A stretch of 24,000 nucleotides of DNA from Desulfobulbaceae bacterium (GCA_011389815.1 JAABTP010000001.1:1003-25002); one strand, 5' to 3'. Shown: positions 1 to 9,020, counted from the first letter of the stretch. Translations and numbers: made by a program. The notes: generated by a model from the letters alone, not told the origin.

Positions 1-1
1 G

Positions 2-616
2 TTCTTTAAGAAATCCTGGGAAGAAAAACACGGGCCTGGCTCTGTGGTGGCCTATGAGAGCTTTACCACCAGAGATACGGATTTTAGCTCCCAGCTGACC
101 AAGATCATTCGCTCTGGTGCAGAGGTGCTCTTTACTCCACAATATTATAATGAGGTTGCCCTGATTGTCCAGCAGGCCAAGGATCTGGGCTGGCAAAATC
201 CTATTGTGGGCAGTGACAGCTGGGGGTCTGCTGAGACCATTGAGCTTTGTAGAGAGGCCTGTTACGGCCAGTTTTTCAGCACCCATTATGCTGCTGCCGG
301 GGCCCAAGGTGCGACCAAGGATTTTATTGATCGCTATAAAAACAAGTACGGGTATGTGCCTGATGATGTGGCTGCCCTGACCTGGGATGCGTTGGGGTTG
401 GCCAAGGCTGCTATGGAAGGGGCTGGTAAGTTAACTGGTCAGATAAAAAAAGATCGTACAGCAGTACGTGATGCCTTGGCTCAGGTTAAAGATTTTCAGG
501 GCATCACCGGTAAAATGACCTTTACTGAAGAGGGTGACCCTCAGAAATGTGCGGTCATTGTGAAGATCAGCGACAAGGGCGAGTATGAATTTTATAAGTC
601 GATTTGTCCTGAATAA
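2..616 (+). CDS. ABC-transporter periplasmic substrate-binding protein, Leu/Ile/Val-binding (LivK-like) family; C-terminal part, 5' end outside window
   Basis: The frame is open from base 2 (FFKKSWEEKHGPGSVVAYES...), so the Met at 44 in the ORF track is internal. Stop is at 614-616. The pattern GSDSWGS...YAAAGAQGATKDFIDRYKNKYGYVPDDVAALTWDA...ITGKMTF is typical of type-I periplasmic binding proteins. Confidence 0.8.
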   Translation, partial: FFKKSWEEKHGPGSVVAYESFTTRDTDFSSQLTKIIRSGAEVLFTPQYYNEVALIVQQAKDLGWQNPIVGSDSWGSAETIELCREACYGQFFSTHYAAAGAQGATKDFIDRYKNKYGYVPDDVAALTWDALGLAKAAMEGAGKLTGQIKKDRTAVRDALAQVKDFQGITGKMTFTEEGDPQKCAVIVKISDKGEYEFYKSICPE

Positions 617-713
617 CACCCATCCCTCCCCTTGGGAAGGGGAAATAAAATATGACGGCTGGGCCAGCGGTTCCAAGGAATCAGCTGGTACTTTCATATA
701 AAGAGAGTTTTTA

Positions 714-1919
714 ATGTCCTTCCTCTACAATGCCCTTTCTTCCTCCTGGAACCTGCTCAATCAATCAGCAGTCTATATGCTCTTTGGTTTATTGATTGGT
801 GGACTGCTTAAAGAATATCTTTCCCCTACCTATGTGGCAAACCATTTGGGTTCCGGGCGATTTCGTTCAGTATTCAAGGCAGCTTTACTCGGTATTCCTA
901 TTCCGCTCTGCTCCTGCGGTGTGTTACCCGCAGCAGCAACCCTGAAAAAACAAGGGGCCAATAACGGGGCTGTGACGGCCTTTTTGATCTCCACTCCAGA
1001 ATCAGGGGTTGATTCTATTTCCATCACTTGGGCTTTGCTTGATCCGATCATGACTATTGCCCGCCCGGTTTCTGCTTTTATCTCTGCGGCCATTGCTGGT
1101 ACAGCTGAGAACCTTCTTGCATCTTCCCAGCCAGCCTCCTCAACGCATCAACAGCAACATGAGGTGTCTAAAAAACATTCCTGTGGTTGTGGCTGTGACC
1201 AGGAAGAAGAGAAAGAAAAGGCAGGACGAGCTGGCAGGACTGCACAGGGGTTTTTGAGAGAACTCCCTGGTAAACTTACATCAGGGATCAAATATGCAAT
1301 CTTTGATATCTGGGAAGAGCTGGCAGGCTGGTTTATGATCGGTATCCTGCTGGCCGGAGTCATCACGGTGCTTCTGCCAGATACTTTTATCAGATCATAT
1401 CTTGGTGGTGGCCTCAGCTCCATGCTCCTGATGCTGGTGATTGGTATTCCTCTCTATATCTGTGCAACTGCTTCCACCCCCATTGCTGCGGCCTTTCTCC
1501 TCAAAGGGGTCAGTCCGGGAGCAGCTCTGGTGTTTCTTCTGGTTGGTCCGGCCACCAATGTGACCTCGCTGTCTGTCCTGGTGGGTTTGTTGGGCAAACG
1601 GGCTGTGGTTATTTATCTCACCTCAATTGCTTTGGTCAGTGTGATTTGCGGTTTGATCCTGGATGCAGTGTATGGCATGCTCGGTATTTCCGTTATTGCA
1701 GCAGTGGCAAAGCACGGTGAAATGATGCCTGAAGAATTGACCGTGGTTGCCAGTATTATTTTGCTCATCTTTTCCATTCGTCCGATAAAAAGGAGTCTTC
1801 GACGTCGTTTTGTCTTGAAACAAGGCGGCTGTTGTTCCACCGATGCCAGCTCCTGTGGCTGTGGCGAGGAAATAATGCAGCCCCTGCAATCTTTAGGTGA
1901 TTTACGAAAAAAGCAATAA
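714..1919 (+). CDS. Polytopic permease of the DUF318/ArsP-like family (SO_0444-type putative metal transporter) with Cys-rich loop and tail
   Basis: 401-aa ORF with many hydrophobic segments. The conserved-looking LCSCGVLP motif and the two-half architecture match the family. It carries a central HSCGCGCDQEEEKEK loop and a C-terminal GGCCSTDASSCGCGEE tail. Confidence 0.75.
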   Translation: MSFLYNALSSSWNLLNQSAVYMLFGLLIGGLLKEYLSPTYVANHLGSGRFRSVFKAALLGIPIPLCSCGVLPAAATLKKQGANNGAVTAFLISTPESGVDSISITWALLDPIMTIARPVSAFISAAIAGTAENLLASSQPASSTHQQQHEVSKKHSCGCGCDQEEEKEKAGRAGRTAQGFLRELPGKLTSGIKYAIFDIWEELAGWFMIGILLAGVITVLLPDTFIRSYLGGGLSSMLLMLVIGIPLYICATASTPIAAAFLLKGVSPGAALVFLLVGPATNVTSLSVLVGLLGKRAVVIYLTSIALVSVICGLILDAVYGMLGISVIAAVAKHGEMMPEELTVVASIILLIFSIRPIKRSLRRRFVLKQGGCCSTDASSCGCGEEIMQPLQSLGDLRKKQ

Positions 1920-3218
1920 TTATCGTTCCAGCACAACAACAGACTCAATATGGCTGGTCTGGGGAAACATATCCACAGGAATAACCTGCGTAATTTTATA
2001 CCCCTGTACGCAAAGGGTGTTCAGATCCCGGGCAAGGGTGGCTGGATCACAGGAAACATAGATGATTTTTTCCGGCTTCAGGCGGGGCAATAAGGCGATG
2101 TCTTTGCCTACGCCACTGCGGGGTGGATCAAGAAGGATTATATCTGTTTTTTCTCCCTGATCGACAAGCTGTTGCAGAGCGTCCCGAACATCGGCAACAA
2201 AGAAACAGGCTGATATTCCTGCTTGAAGGGCATTCTTTTCTGCCCAATGGATGCTTTCCTGGTTTCCCTCAATACCAGTAATGGTTCCTCCGCAGCATCC
2301 AAGGGGTATAGAGAAATTGCCCATGCCGCAGTAAAGATCAAGAACGGTTTTTCCTTGAAGATCGCCAGCAGCTTCGCAGACTACGTTGATTAATTGTTCA
2401 TTCTGACCAGGATTGACCTGGGAAAAACAGCCTCCTGACCAGGATAAGGAGCAGCTTGTATTGTCGTGCTTTTTAAGCTGAATGTGCTGACTGAGTGGGT
2501 CTGCTTGGGGATAAAGGTATTGAAAGCCTTTCAAGCTCTGCCAGCCTATCTGGTGTATTGTTGAGATACTGTTGAGCTTCTGAAGTTTTTGCCGTATGGA
2601 AGGCGGCAGTTTTTTCTGTTTATTTCCTTTGAGGACAAGGGTGATTTTTCCATCAGCAGGGGACTCCAGTAGCTCAAGTTCCGGGCAGGTCTGAGCTAAG
2701 GGCTGGAGGACTTCGGTCATATTTAGTTCAGCCAGAGCAGAACAAATTCCCTGGCTTGCCACCAGACATTCTGGAATCGGGATAAAGGTATTGCTCCTTT
2801 TCTGAAAAAAACCAAGCTGGCCAGAGCTATTGATCTTGAGGCGGAGGCGATAGCGATAACCCCACTGAGCTGGGGAGGCAAGAGGATTATCAACATGCTC
2901 TAAGGGTAGTTTGGCACGACGTAATGACTCCTCGACAATACCCTTTTTGATGCGGAGTTGTTCCTGGTAACTGCCATGCTGGAGATCGCAGCCACCGCAT
3001 TCTTCGTACAAAGGGCAGGAAGGGGTAATTCGGCCTGGAGAGGGCAAGAGGATGGTGTTGATCCGTCCTTCAAGATAACCGGATTTCTTCTTTTCTTCAT
3101 GCACCACCATATTTTCATCTGCAAGAGTAAGCGGAATCATGATAACCTGTCCCTCTGCTGTCCGGGCCAGTCCTTTGCCACTGGCTATAATTTTTTCAAT
3201 AGTGACAGTATGTTTCAT
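1920..3218 (-). CDS. rlmD: 23S rRNA (uracil-C5)-methyltransferase, RumA/RlmD (TrmA family) with TRAM domain and Fe-S cysteines
   Basis: 432-aa ORF with an N-terminal TRAM-like segment. Cys cluster is CPLYEECGGCDLQH. SAM motifs are VLDLYCGMGNFSIPL, DPPRSG and YVSCDPATLARD. Its stop abuts the stop of the convergent permease. Confidence 0.8.
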   Translation of the reverse strand: MKHTVTIEKIIASGKGLARTAEGQVIMIPLTLADENMVVHEEKKKSGYLEGRINTILLPSPGRITPSCPLYEECGGCDLQHGSYQEQLRIKKGIVEESLRRAKLPLEHVDNPLASPAQWGYRYRLRLKINSSGQLGFFQKRSNTFIPIPECLVASQGICSALAELNMTEVLQPLAQTCPELELLESPADGKITLVLKGNKQKKLPPSIRQKLQKLNSISTIHQIGWQSLKGFQYLYPQADPLSQHIQLKKHDNTSCSLSWSGGCFSQVNPGQNEQLINVVCEAAGDLQGKTVLDLYCGMGNFSIPLGCCGGTITGIEGNQESIHWAEKNALQAGISACFFVADVRDALQQLVDQGEKTDIILLDPPRSGVGKDIALLPRLKPEKIIYVSCDPATLARDLNTLCVQGYKITQVIPVDMFPQTSHIESVVVLER

Positions 3219-3306
3219 AGAAAGTCCTGGTAACCTGTTTCGGGAGCGTTCATGGAAAAAATATTGTTGATTTTGCTTTAAAAATATTGTGAAAGCCTGT
3301 TGTTTA

Positions 3307-3336
3307 TTGACAGGGAATACCTCTTGGTGCTACAGT
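3307..3336 (+). promoter_or_regulatory. Candidate sigma-70 promoter for the tatA pair
   Basis: TTGACA (3307-3312), an 18-nt spacer, then TACAGT (3331-3336), about 75 nt upstream of the tatA ATG. Read by eye only. Confidence 0.3.
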
Positions 3337-3411
3337 GACCTACCGTTCTGTTGCGTACAGGACGGATTATTCTTACTACGTACGAAATAAACTGTAAAGA
3401 GGTGAGAGAGT

Positions 3412-3594
3412 ATGTTCGGACTCGGAATGCCTGAAATGATTATCATCCTGGTTATTGTTGTTATTATTTTCGGGGCTGGAAAACTGCCTGAAATTGGTTC
3501 TGGTATCGGAAAAGGGATCAAGAATTTCAAAGATGCCACCAAGAGCGATGATGACCCGAAACCCATAGAAGACAGCAGTAGCAAGGAAAGCTGA
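3412..3594 (+). CDS. tatA: Twin-arginine translocase subunit TatA/E
   Basis: 60 aa: [42 protein letters not shown]... This is the canonical TatA TM helix, FG hinge and amphipathic helix. GAGAG lies upstream of the ATG. Confidence 0.9.
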   Translation: MFGLGMPEMIIILVIVVIIFGAGKLPEIGSGIGKGIKNFKDATKSDDDPKPIEDSSSKES

Positions 3595-3646
3595 AAAGAT
3601 TAAAAAAAATGCTGTTTAATATGGATAACGTGAAGAGAGGACTTGT

Positions 3647-3901
3647 ATGTTCGGACTCGGAACCCCTGAACTTGTTGTTATAATGACTATTGCCTTCCTG
3701 CTCTTTGGTGGAAAGAAATTACCAGAGATTGGCTCTGGCCTTGGCAAGGCCATAACTTCGTTTAAAAAGGGACTAGGTGAGGTTGAGGATACTGCTGGCT
3801 TGGGAGAAATGACCAAGAAGCTTCCTGGTGTTCGGAAGGTCAATGCGGTGCAGGAAAAGATTGAGAAAGCAAAAAATGTTGGTAAGATGATAACCAAATA
3901 G
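3647..3901 (+). CDS. Second TatA/E-family translocase subunit (longer paralog, possibly TatB-like role)
   Basis: 84 aa: [43 protein letters not shown]... It is homologous to the upstream tatA over the first 45 aa and has a longer charged tail. AGAGG lies upstream of the ATG. Confidence 0.8.
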   Translation: MFGLGTPELVVIMTIAFLLFGGKKLPEIGSGLGKAITSFKKGLGEVEDTAGLGEMTKKLPGVRKVNAVQEKIEKAKNVGKMITK

Positions 3902-3942
3902 GGGTAATCCCCTGTGATTGTCCAAGAGATCCAAGGCGGTTG

Positions 3943-3967
3943 GTAGGGCAGACCTCTGTGTCTGCCC
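3943..3967. terminator. Hairpin between convergent tatA paralog and trpS; its head resembles the GTAGGGGC repeat family
   Basis: GTA-GGGCAGAC-ctctgt-GTCTGCCC: an 8-bp perfect stem with a 6-nt loop in the 74-bp gap between two convergent stops. There is no clear U-tract. Confidence 0.5.
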
Positions 3968-3975
3968 GGCCTTGC

Positions 3976-4944
3976 CTAATACCGCAAGCCCACCCTGTCC
4001 CGCACCACAGCCAAAGTTTCGCTGGCCTTTCCCCGTGCTTTGTCAGCACCTTTCTGCAAAATATCCCGTAAATAATCCTGATTCTGCAAGAGTTCTTTTT
4101 TCCTGGCTCGGGCATCGGCATAATAATCCCGGATCAGCTCAAAAAGATCCTGCTTCAAATAGCCATAAGCTGCGCCTCCGTTGACATAAAGGTCGTGGAC
4201 CTCCTTCATCTTGTCTTTAGGGGCAAAGAGTTTGAGCAGGGCATAGAGGTTGCAGGTGTCGGGATTCTTAGGTTCTTCCACCGGGGTTGAATCGGTCTGC
4301 ACCGCCATAACCTGTTTTCGTAAGGGCTTATCATCTAAAAAGATAGGGATGGTGTTGTCATAGGATTTTGACATCTTTTGTCCGTCCAGGCCTGGAACAA
4401 TGGCTGTGTTTTCGCTGATTGCCGGTTCCGGTATCACAAAGGTTTCGCCAAAGGTATTATTGAATTTAATGGCAATATCGCGAGCTACTTCCAAATGCTG
4501 TTTCTGATCTTTACCCACCGGGACGATTTCTGATTGATAGAGCAGGATATCTGCGGCCATCAGCACAGGGTAGGCAAAGAGGCCATGATTAGCAGCAATG
4601 CCTTTAGTGACTTTGTCCTTATAGGAATGGCAGCGCTCCAGCAGGCCCATTGGAGTCATATTAGAGAGGATCCAGGAGAGTTCACAGACTTCGGGCACAT
4701 CGGATTGGACCCAGAACGTGCATTTTTCTGGATCAAGTCCCAGAGAAAGAAAATCCGCTGCTGCTTCCAGGGTACCGGTGGAGAGTTTTTTCCGATCCTG
4801 CACTGAAGTCAGGGCATGGAGGTCAACAATAAAGACATAGAGGTCTGAGGTCTCCATATTGGCGATCATGGTTTTCATCATACCAAAATAATTGCCGATA
4901 TGAAGTTGTCCTGAGGGCTGAATGCCAGAAAGTATACGTTGCAT
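3976..4944 (-). CDS. trpS: Tryptophan--tRNA ligase
   Basis: MQRILSGIQPSGQLHIGNYFG (HIGH-type motif) ... KMSKS present (DGQKMSKSYDN). I place the start at the ATG at 4944. The 33-codon extension in the track (start 5043) has no homology-like sequence. Confidence 0.95.
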   Translation of the reverse strand: MQRILSGIQPSGQLHIGNYFGMMKTMIANMETSDLYVFIVDLHALTSVQDRKKLSTGTLEAAADFLSLGLDPEKCTFWVQSDVPEVCELSWILSNMTPMGLLERCHSYKDKVTKGIAANHGLFAYPVLMAADILLYQSEIVPVGKDQKQHLEVARDIAIKFNNTFGETFVIPEPAISENTAIVPGLDGQKMSKSYDNTIPIFLDDKPLRKQVMAVQTDSTPVEEPKNPDTCNLYALLKLFAPKDKMKEVHDLYVNGGAAYGYLKQDLFELIRDYYADARARKKELLQNQDYLRDILQKGADKARGKASETLAVVRDRVGLRY

Positions 4945-5082
4945 AGTATTTGCTGATAGGATTGATGATGAATGTATTGATCGGGAGAATATAGCAGTAT
5001 TTTTTTTCTCTCGCAATAGACATGAGGATCTAAAGAGCCTCATGGCACGATAACGAACCCCATCGTCATAAAGTGGTGATCT

Positions 5083-5391
5083 TTACTTTCTGTAGAGGTA
5101 TTCATCGTGACGACGGGCGGTATCATGCGGGGAGGTTCCTTCGTCTAACCCTCGCCCAAAGTTTTCCATCAACTCTCTGGCTTTTTCCAGCTCCATAGGT
5201 GTCGATGACGTTGGAGTTTTTTGTTGTGTTGAATAGGTCGTCACATAGGACGCAAGTGCTATGCATACAAGATCCGAGAGTGTTTCGCTTTGCTCGCCTG
5301 CGATTTTCTGAACATGTTGGCAAAGTTCATGCGGGATTCGAACACGTAATTCGCTATCTGGTTGCGAAGGCTTTATTTGATGTTTTTGCAT
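5083..5391 (-). CDS. Hypothetical small protein, possible ribbon-helix-helix (antitoxin-like) fold
   Basis: 102-aa ORF. LRVRIPHELCQHVQKIAGEQSETLSDLVCIAL resembles a beta-strand plus two helices of an RHH domain. The C-terminal ...HDEYLYRK tail is antitoxin-like. No adjacent toxin ORF and only a weak SD. Confidence 0.4.
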   Translation of the reverse strand: MQKHQIKPSQPDSELRVRIPHELCQHVQKIAGEQSETLSDLVCIALASYVTTYSTQQKTPTSSTPMELEKARELMENFGRGLDEGTSPHDTARRHDEYLYRK

Positions 5392-5750
5392 AATGTGCTC
5401 TTTTGTAATTTTTTTCCAGCTTGGTCGGTTGCTATCCTCTATTCTAAACCGGATTACAGTACGCTGACAAGCTGTTTATCCGTGACTATGCAATGATGCG
5501 GTATGTATCCTCATCATGGAGGGATAATTTGGGGCGTAAAAAATGATACACCATGTATGAATATTACGCCCAAATTGATCAGTAGAGTATTTTTTCGCCT
5601 GATAATGAAGCTGTTTTGAACGATTTTTTTCAGTTTTCATATTCTCCTGTCCCTGCTATGATGGGTCAGCTTGTCCGAATGATGCCTTTGGATCTACCCG
5701 CAAACGTTGGGAGGTCTATTTTTAGAGAAAAAACAAAAGAGTTATGAGCT

Positions 5751-7244
5751 ATGTTTATTGAAAAAAATGTAAGAAAAATTCTTCTTCTCTTTGTTTTTCT
5801 GTTTTTATGCAGCTGTGCATTTATGCCACCTGCTGATAACGACAATGAAGTGGCGATCACCATTCTTCAAATGAATGACGTGTATGAGATTGATCCGGTA
5901 AATGGCGGCAAAGAAGGAGGGCTTGCCCGGGTTGCCACTCTCCGTGATCAACTTCTCAGGCGCAATCCGGACACGATTACAGTCCTTGCTGGTGATCTTT
6001 TCAGTCCTTCGGCTTTGGGGACAGCACCCTATAAAGACGGGCGTCTCAACGGCAAACAGATGGTTGCGACCATGAATGCCTTGGGGCTTGATTACATCAC
6101 CTTTGGTAATCATGAGTTTGATTTGAAAAAAGGACCTTTTTACGATCGTCTTAAGGAATCTAAGTTTACCTGGATTTCCAGTAATTGTTTTACAGAAAAG
6201 AGAGGTACCTTTCCTGGAGTTGTTGAGGAGAAGGTCATTGATATCAAAGGAGTCAAAATAGGCATCTTTGGTCTCACTCTGCCAAAAACACAGACAGATT
6301 ATGTAACTTATAAAGATCCTTTTGCAGCAGCAGAACAAAAAGTGGCTGAGCTGCGCCCAAAGGTAGATATCCTTCTCGCCCTGACCCATCTCAATAAGGA
6401 TGATGATATTCAGCTGGCCAGTAGGTTCCCTGAGATTGATCTCATCCTCGGTGGTCATGAGCATGAGAATATGCAGTTCTGGCGGGGTAAGGATTTCACC
6501 CCGATATTCAAGGCGGATGCTAATGCCCGCACCGTGTATATTCATAATCTGCGCTATAGTGCAAGCACTGACAAGAAGCTGGACATCTCTTCCGAACTGT
6601 ACCGAATTACTGATGAGCTGTCTGATCAGCCCAAGACCGCAGCAGTGGTCAAGAAATGGCGGGAGATTGGCTATGCTGGTTTTGGCAAAGAGGGGCTCCA
6701 GCCTGACCGGGTTGTGACCACCACTGACGTGGAATTGGACGGACGGGAGGCCAGTGTGCGGAATTTTTCCACTAAACTTACTGATCTCATTGCCCAGGCC
6801 TTTCTCTCTGTTTCAGAAGAGGCTCAACTGTCTTTCTACAACGGTGGTTCGATCCGCTTTGATGACATTCTGCCTGCCGGAGATATTACGGAATACGATA
6901 TTATCAGAATTTTACCCTTTGGAGGGGATATCGTTACCGTTACTATGCAAGGTTCTCTGCTTGAGCAGACTCTCATCCAGGGGAAGGCAAGCAAAGGGGA
7001 GGGCGGTTTCCTCCAAACCGGCAATGTCAGTGGCGGAGAAGAGGGGGATCCTTGGTTGATTGGCGGCAAGGAGCTTGATCCAGATACTGAATACGCTGTG
7101 GCGGTGCTGGATTATCTGGTAAAGATTGGTGATGATAAACTGAAATTTTTGGTAAATAATCCTGACGTGCCGATCATTGCTGATAATGGGGATGTGCGAA
7201 AGGCCCTGATTGCTAAACTGAAAAAAAGATTTTCAGAGCAATAA
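5751..7244 (+). CDS. Secreted/lipoprotein bifunctional metallophosphatase / 5'-nucleotidase (UshA-like)
   Basis: 497 aa. Signal peptide with a lipobox-like FLCSC. Calcineurin-type metallophosphoesterase motifs are NDVYE, GDLFS, GNHEFD and GGHEH, followed by a 5'-nucleotidase C-terminal-like domain. Confidence 0.85.
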   Translation: MFIEKNVRKILLLFVFLFLCSCAFMPPADNDNEVAITILQMNDVYEIDPVNGGKEGGLARVATLRDQLLRRNPDTITVLAGDLFSPSALGTAPYKDGRLNGKQMVATMNALGLDYITFGNHEFDLKKGPFYDRLKESKFTWISSNCFTEKRGTFPGVVEEKVIDIKGVKIGIFGLTLPKTQTDYVTYKDPFAAAEQKVAELRPKVDILLALTHLNKDDDIQLASRFPEIDLILGGHEHENMQFWRGKDFTPIFKADANARTVYIHNLRYSASTDKKLDISSELYRITDELSDQPKTAAVVKKWREIGYAGFGKEGLQPDRVVTTTDVELDGREASVRNFSTKLTDLIAQAFLSVSEEAQLSFYNGGSIRFDDILPAGDITEYDIIRILPFGGDIVTVTMQGSLLEQTLIQGKASKGEGGFLQTGNVSGGEEGDPWLIGGKELDPDTEYAVAVLDYLVKIGDDKLKFLVNNPDVPIIADNGDVRKALIAKLKKRFSEQ

Positions 7245-7261
7245 ATTTTTCCCGTTTTTTC

Positions 7262-8998
7262 ATGCCTCCCATCATCACCTTTATAGGCTGGCACGATTCC
7301 GGTAAAACCACGCTGGCTGCCCAGGTTGTCCGTTTGCTGAAAAAGCGCGGTTATTCGGTGGCTGTGATTAAATCCACCAAGGACACCGGGTTGCTGCCGA
7401 ATCAGGAGGGTACCGATACAGGGGCTTATACGCAGGCCGGGGCAGATGCGGTCACTCTGATAGCTCCAGATCTGTTGGTTATGACTGCTGATCGCCCGGA
7501 AAAAAATCTTCCTGCCTTGGCCCGGCGTTTTTTTGCTGATATGGATCTGGTGATTGGCGAGGGCTTTAAAGGGGCAGATAAGGTCGATAAGATTGAGGTC
7601 TTTAGAGGGCAGGGCATGCGCCTTGCGGAGCAGGTTTCCGGGGTTATTGCCGCGGCAACGGATCAGAAAAGTTTTGATCGGCCCCCTGCAGATTCTTTGG
7701 TTTTCCCCCTTAATCAACCCAAAAAAATAGCTGATTTTCTCGAAAAAGAATATATCCGAATACCCTCTGCGCATAGTCGCACGGTTCATTTGATCACAAC
7801 AAGACAAGGTAGACTTATGAAGAATATGCAGTCATTCACTGTGACCCAACCCACCCGAATTCAGTTTGGTGCAGGCACAGTGCAGGATCTTGGTACAACA
7901 GTGAAAGATTTTAACGGGACCAAGGTGCTCTTGGTGGTAGATCCCGGTTTGGTCAAGGCAGGTTTGCTGGAGCGTCTGACAGCCCCTCTGGAGCAGGAAG
8001 GTATTCCCTTCACAGTCTATGATGAGATTGACCCGGAACCCGGCCTGAAATTGGCTGATAAGGGTTGCGCCATTGCCCAGGAAGCAGGCTGTGATTGCGT
8101 GGTGGGTGCTGGTGGTGGCTCTGCAATGGATGTTGCCAAGGCCATTGCCATTCTGCTGACCAATGGTGGCAAGGCTGTGAATTATCTGGGGCTGGGCCTG
8201 ATTAAAAAACCAGGTGTGCCCAAGATCATGGTGCCCACCTCTGCCGGAACCGGTGCTGAGGTGACTTTCACAGCTGTGTTCATCAACGAAGCAACAGGCT
8301 CTAAAGGCGGCATGAACGGCGACCCTCTCTATCCAGATGCAGCCATCCTGGATCCGGAATTGACTCTGACCCTGCCTGCCAAGGTCACAGCCTATACCGG
8401 TATTGATGCCCTGACCCATGCCCTGGAAGCCTATACCTCCACCCAGGCCCATGTCATCTCAGAGATGTATTCCCTGGAAGCCATTGATCTGATCGCCCGC
8501 AACCTGCCAGCTGCTTGTGCCAATGGTGGTAATCTTGCAGCCCGTTCAGCCATGCTCATGGGATCGCTGCTGGGCGGTAAGGCCTTGGCCACTGCCGGAG
8601 TCGGTCTGGTGCATGCCATGGCCTACCCTATGGGTGGGATGTTCGGGGTGCCGCACGGGTTAGCCAATGCGGTCCTCCTGCCTTATGTGGTTCAATATAA
8701 TCTGCCGGGTAATTATGAAAAATTTGCTTTGCTTGCTGAGGTGCTGGGACAAAATACAGAAGGCTTATCCCGACGTGATGCGGCCTCCCTCTGTGTTGAG
8801 GCACTGTATGATCTGAATGCGGACATAGGTATTCCTGCTACTCTTAAGGATTTGGATATCCCTTTTGATAAGATTCCAGAGATGGCAGAAATTGCCCTGA
8901 CCGTGACCCGGCCGGTGGAAAATAATCCCCGCCAGCCCTCCCTTGCTGATGTGATTGCGGTGTATGAACGGGCTTATCGGCATGAGGTTGAGGTGTAA
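7262..8998 (+). CDS. Single ORF joining MobB (molybdopterin-guanine dinucleotide biosynthesis GTPase, about 7262-7760) to an iron-containing alcohol dehydrogenase (from internal ATG 7817 to 8998)
   Basis: The N-terminus MPPIITFIGWHDSGKTTLAAQVVRLLKKRGYSVAVIKSTKD...VIGEGFK matches MobB (P-loop, EGFK). From MKNMQSFTVTQPTRIQFGAGT the sequence is Fe-ADH (GGGSAMDVAKA, His-rich metal site region). There is no stop codon between the two parts. Confidence 0.8.
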   Translation: MPPIITFIGWHDSGKTTLAAQVVRLLKKRGYSVAVIKSTKDTGLLPNQEGTDTGAYTQAGADAVTLIAPDLLVMTADRPEKNLPALARRFFADMDLVIGEGFKGADKVDKIEVFRGQGMRLAEQVSGVIAAATDQKSFDRPPADSLVFPLNQPKKIADFLEKEYIRIPSAHSRTVHLITTRQGRLMKNMQSFTVTQPTRIQFGAGTVQDLGTTVKDFNGTKVLLVVDPGLVKAGLLERLTAPLEQEGIPFTVYDEIDPEPGLKLADKGCAIAQEAGCDCVVGAGGGSAMDVAKAIAILLTNGGKAVNYLGLGLIKKPGVPKIMVPTSAGTGAEVTFTAVFINEATGSKGGMNGDPLYPDAAILDPELTLTLPAKVTAYTGIDALTHALEAYTSTQAHVISEMYSLEAIDLIARNLPAACANGGNLAARSAMLMGSLLGGKALATAGVGLVHAMAYPMGGMFGVPHGLANAVLLPYVVQYNLPGNYEKFALLAEVLGQNTEGLSRRDAASLCVEALYDLNADIGIPATLKDLDIPFDKIPEMAEIALTVTRPVENNPRQPSLADVIAVYERAYRHEVEV

Positions 8999-9020
8999 CT
9001 TCGTATTCTTATCGGATGTT

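Noticed and set aside
627-643. Short hairpin TCCCCTT-ggg-AAGGGGA after the binding-protein stop
   Set aside because: It has a 3-nt loop and is followed by an A-rich rather than T-rich tract on the coding strand. It is too weak to call a terminator.
4945-5043. N-terminal extension of trpS (track start at 5043). Similar extensions exist for yoeB (13723), the zinc-ribbon gene (15708) and the HU-like gene (18973).
   Set aside because: In each case an internal ATG coincides with the start of family-like sequence and/or a strong SD: ATG 4944, ATG 13672, AGGAGG before 15579, and AGAGGAGG before 18862. The extension of the HU-like gene would run through the tandem repeats and the promoter.
5476-5640. 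54-codon minus-strand ORF (MKTEKNRSKQLHYQ...) in the 360-bp gap upstream of the nucleotidase gene
   Set aside because: The GGAG is only 3 nt from the ATG. The ORF runs through an imperfect long hairpin (5529-5575) and has no recognisable family. There is not enough support to call a gene.
5805-6545. 246-aa minus-strand ORF
   Set aside because: It lies entirely inside, and antisense to, the metallophosphatase/5'-nucleotidase gene, whose motifs (GNHEFD, GGHEH) validate the plus frame.
7112-7807. 231-aa minus-strand ORF
   Set aside because: It is antisense to the end of the nucleotidase gene and to the MobB domain, and it crosses an intergenic gap. It has no recognisable motifs.
7832-8452. 206-aa minus-strand ORF
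   Set aside because: It is antisense to the Fe-ADH domain and gives Gly/His/Cys-rich unnatural sequence.
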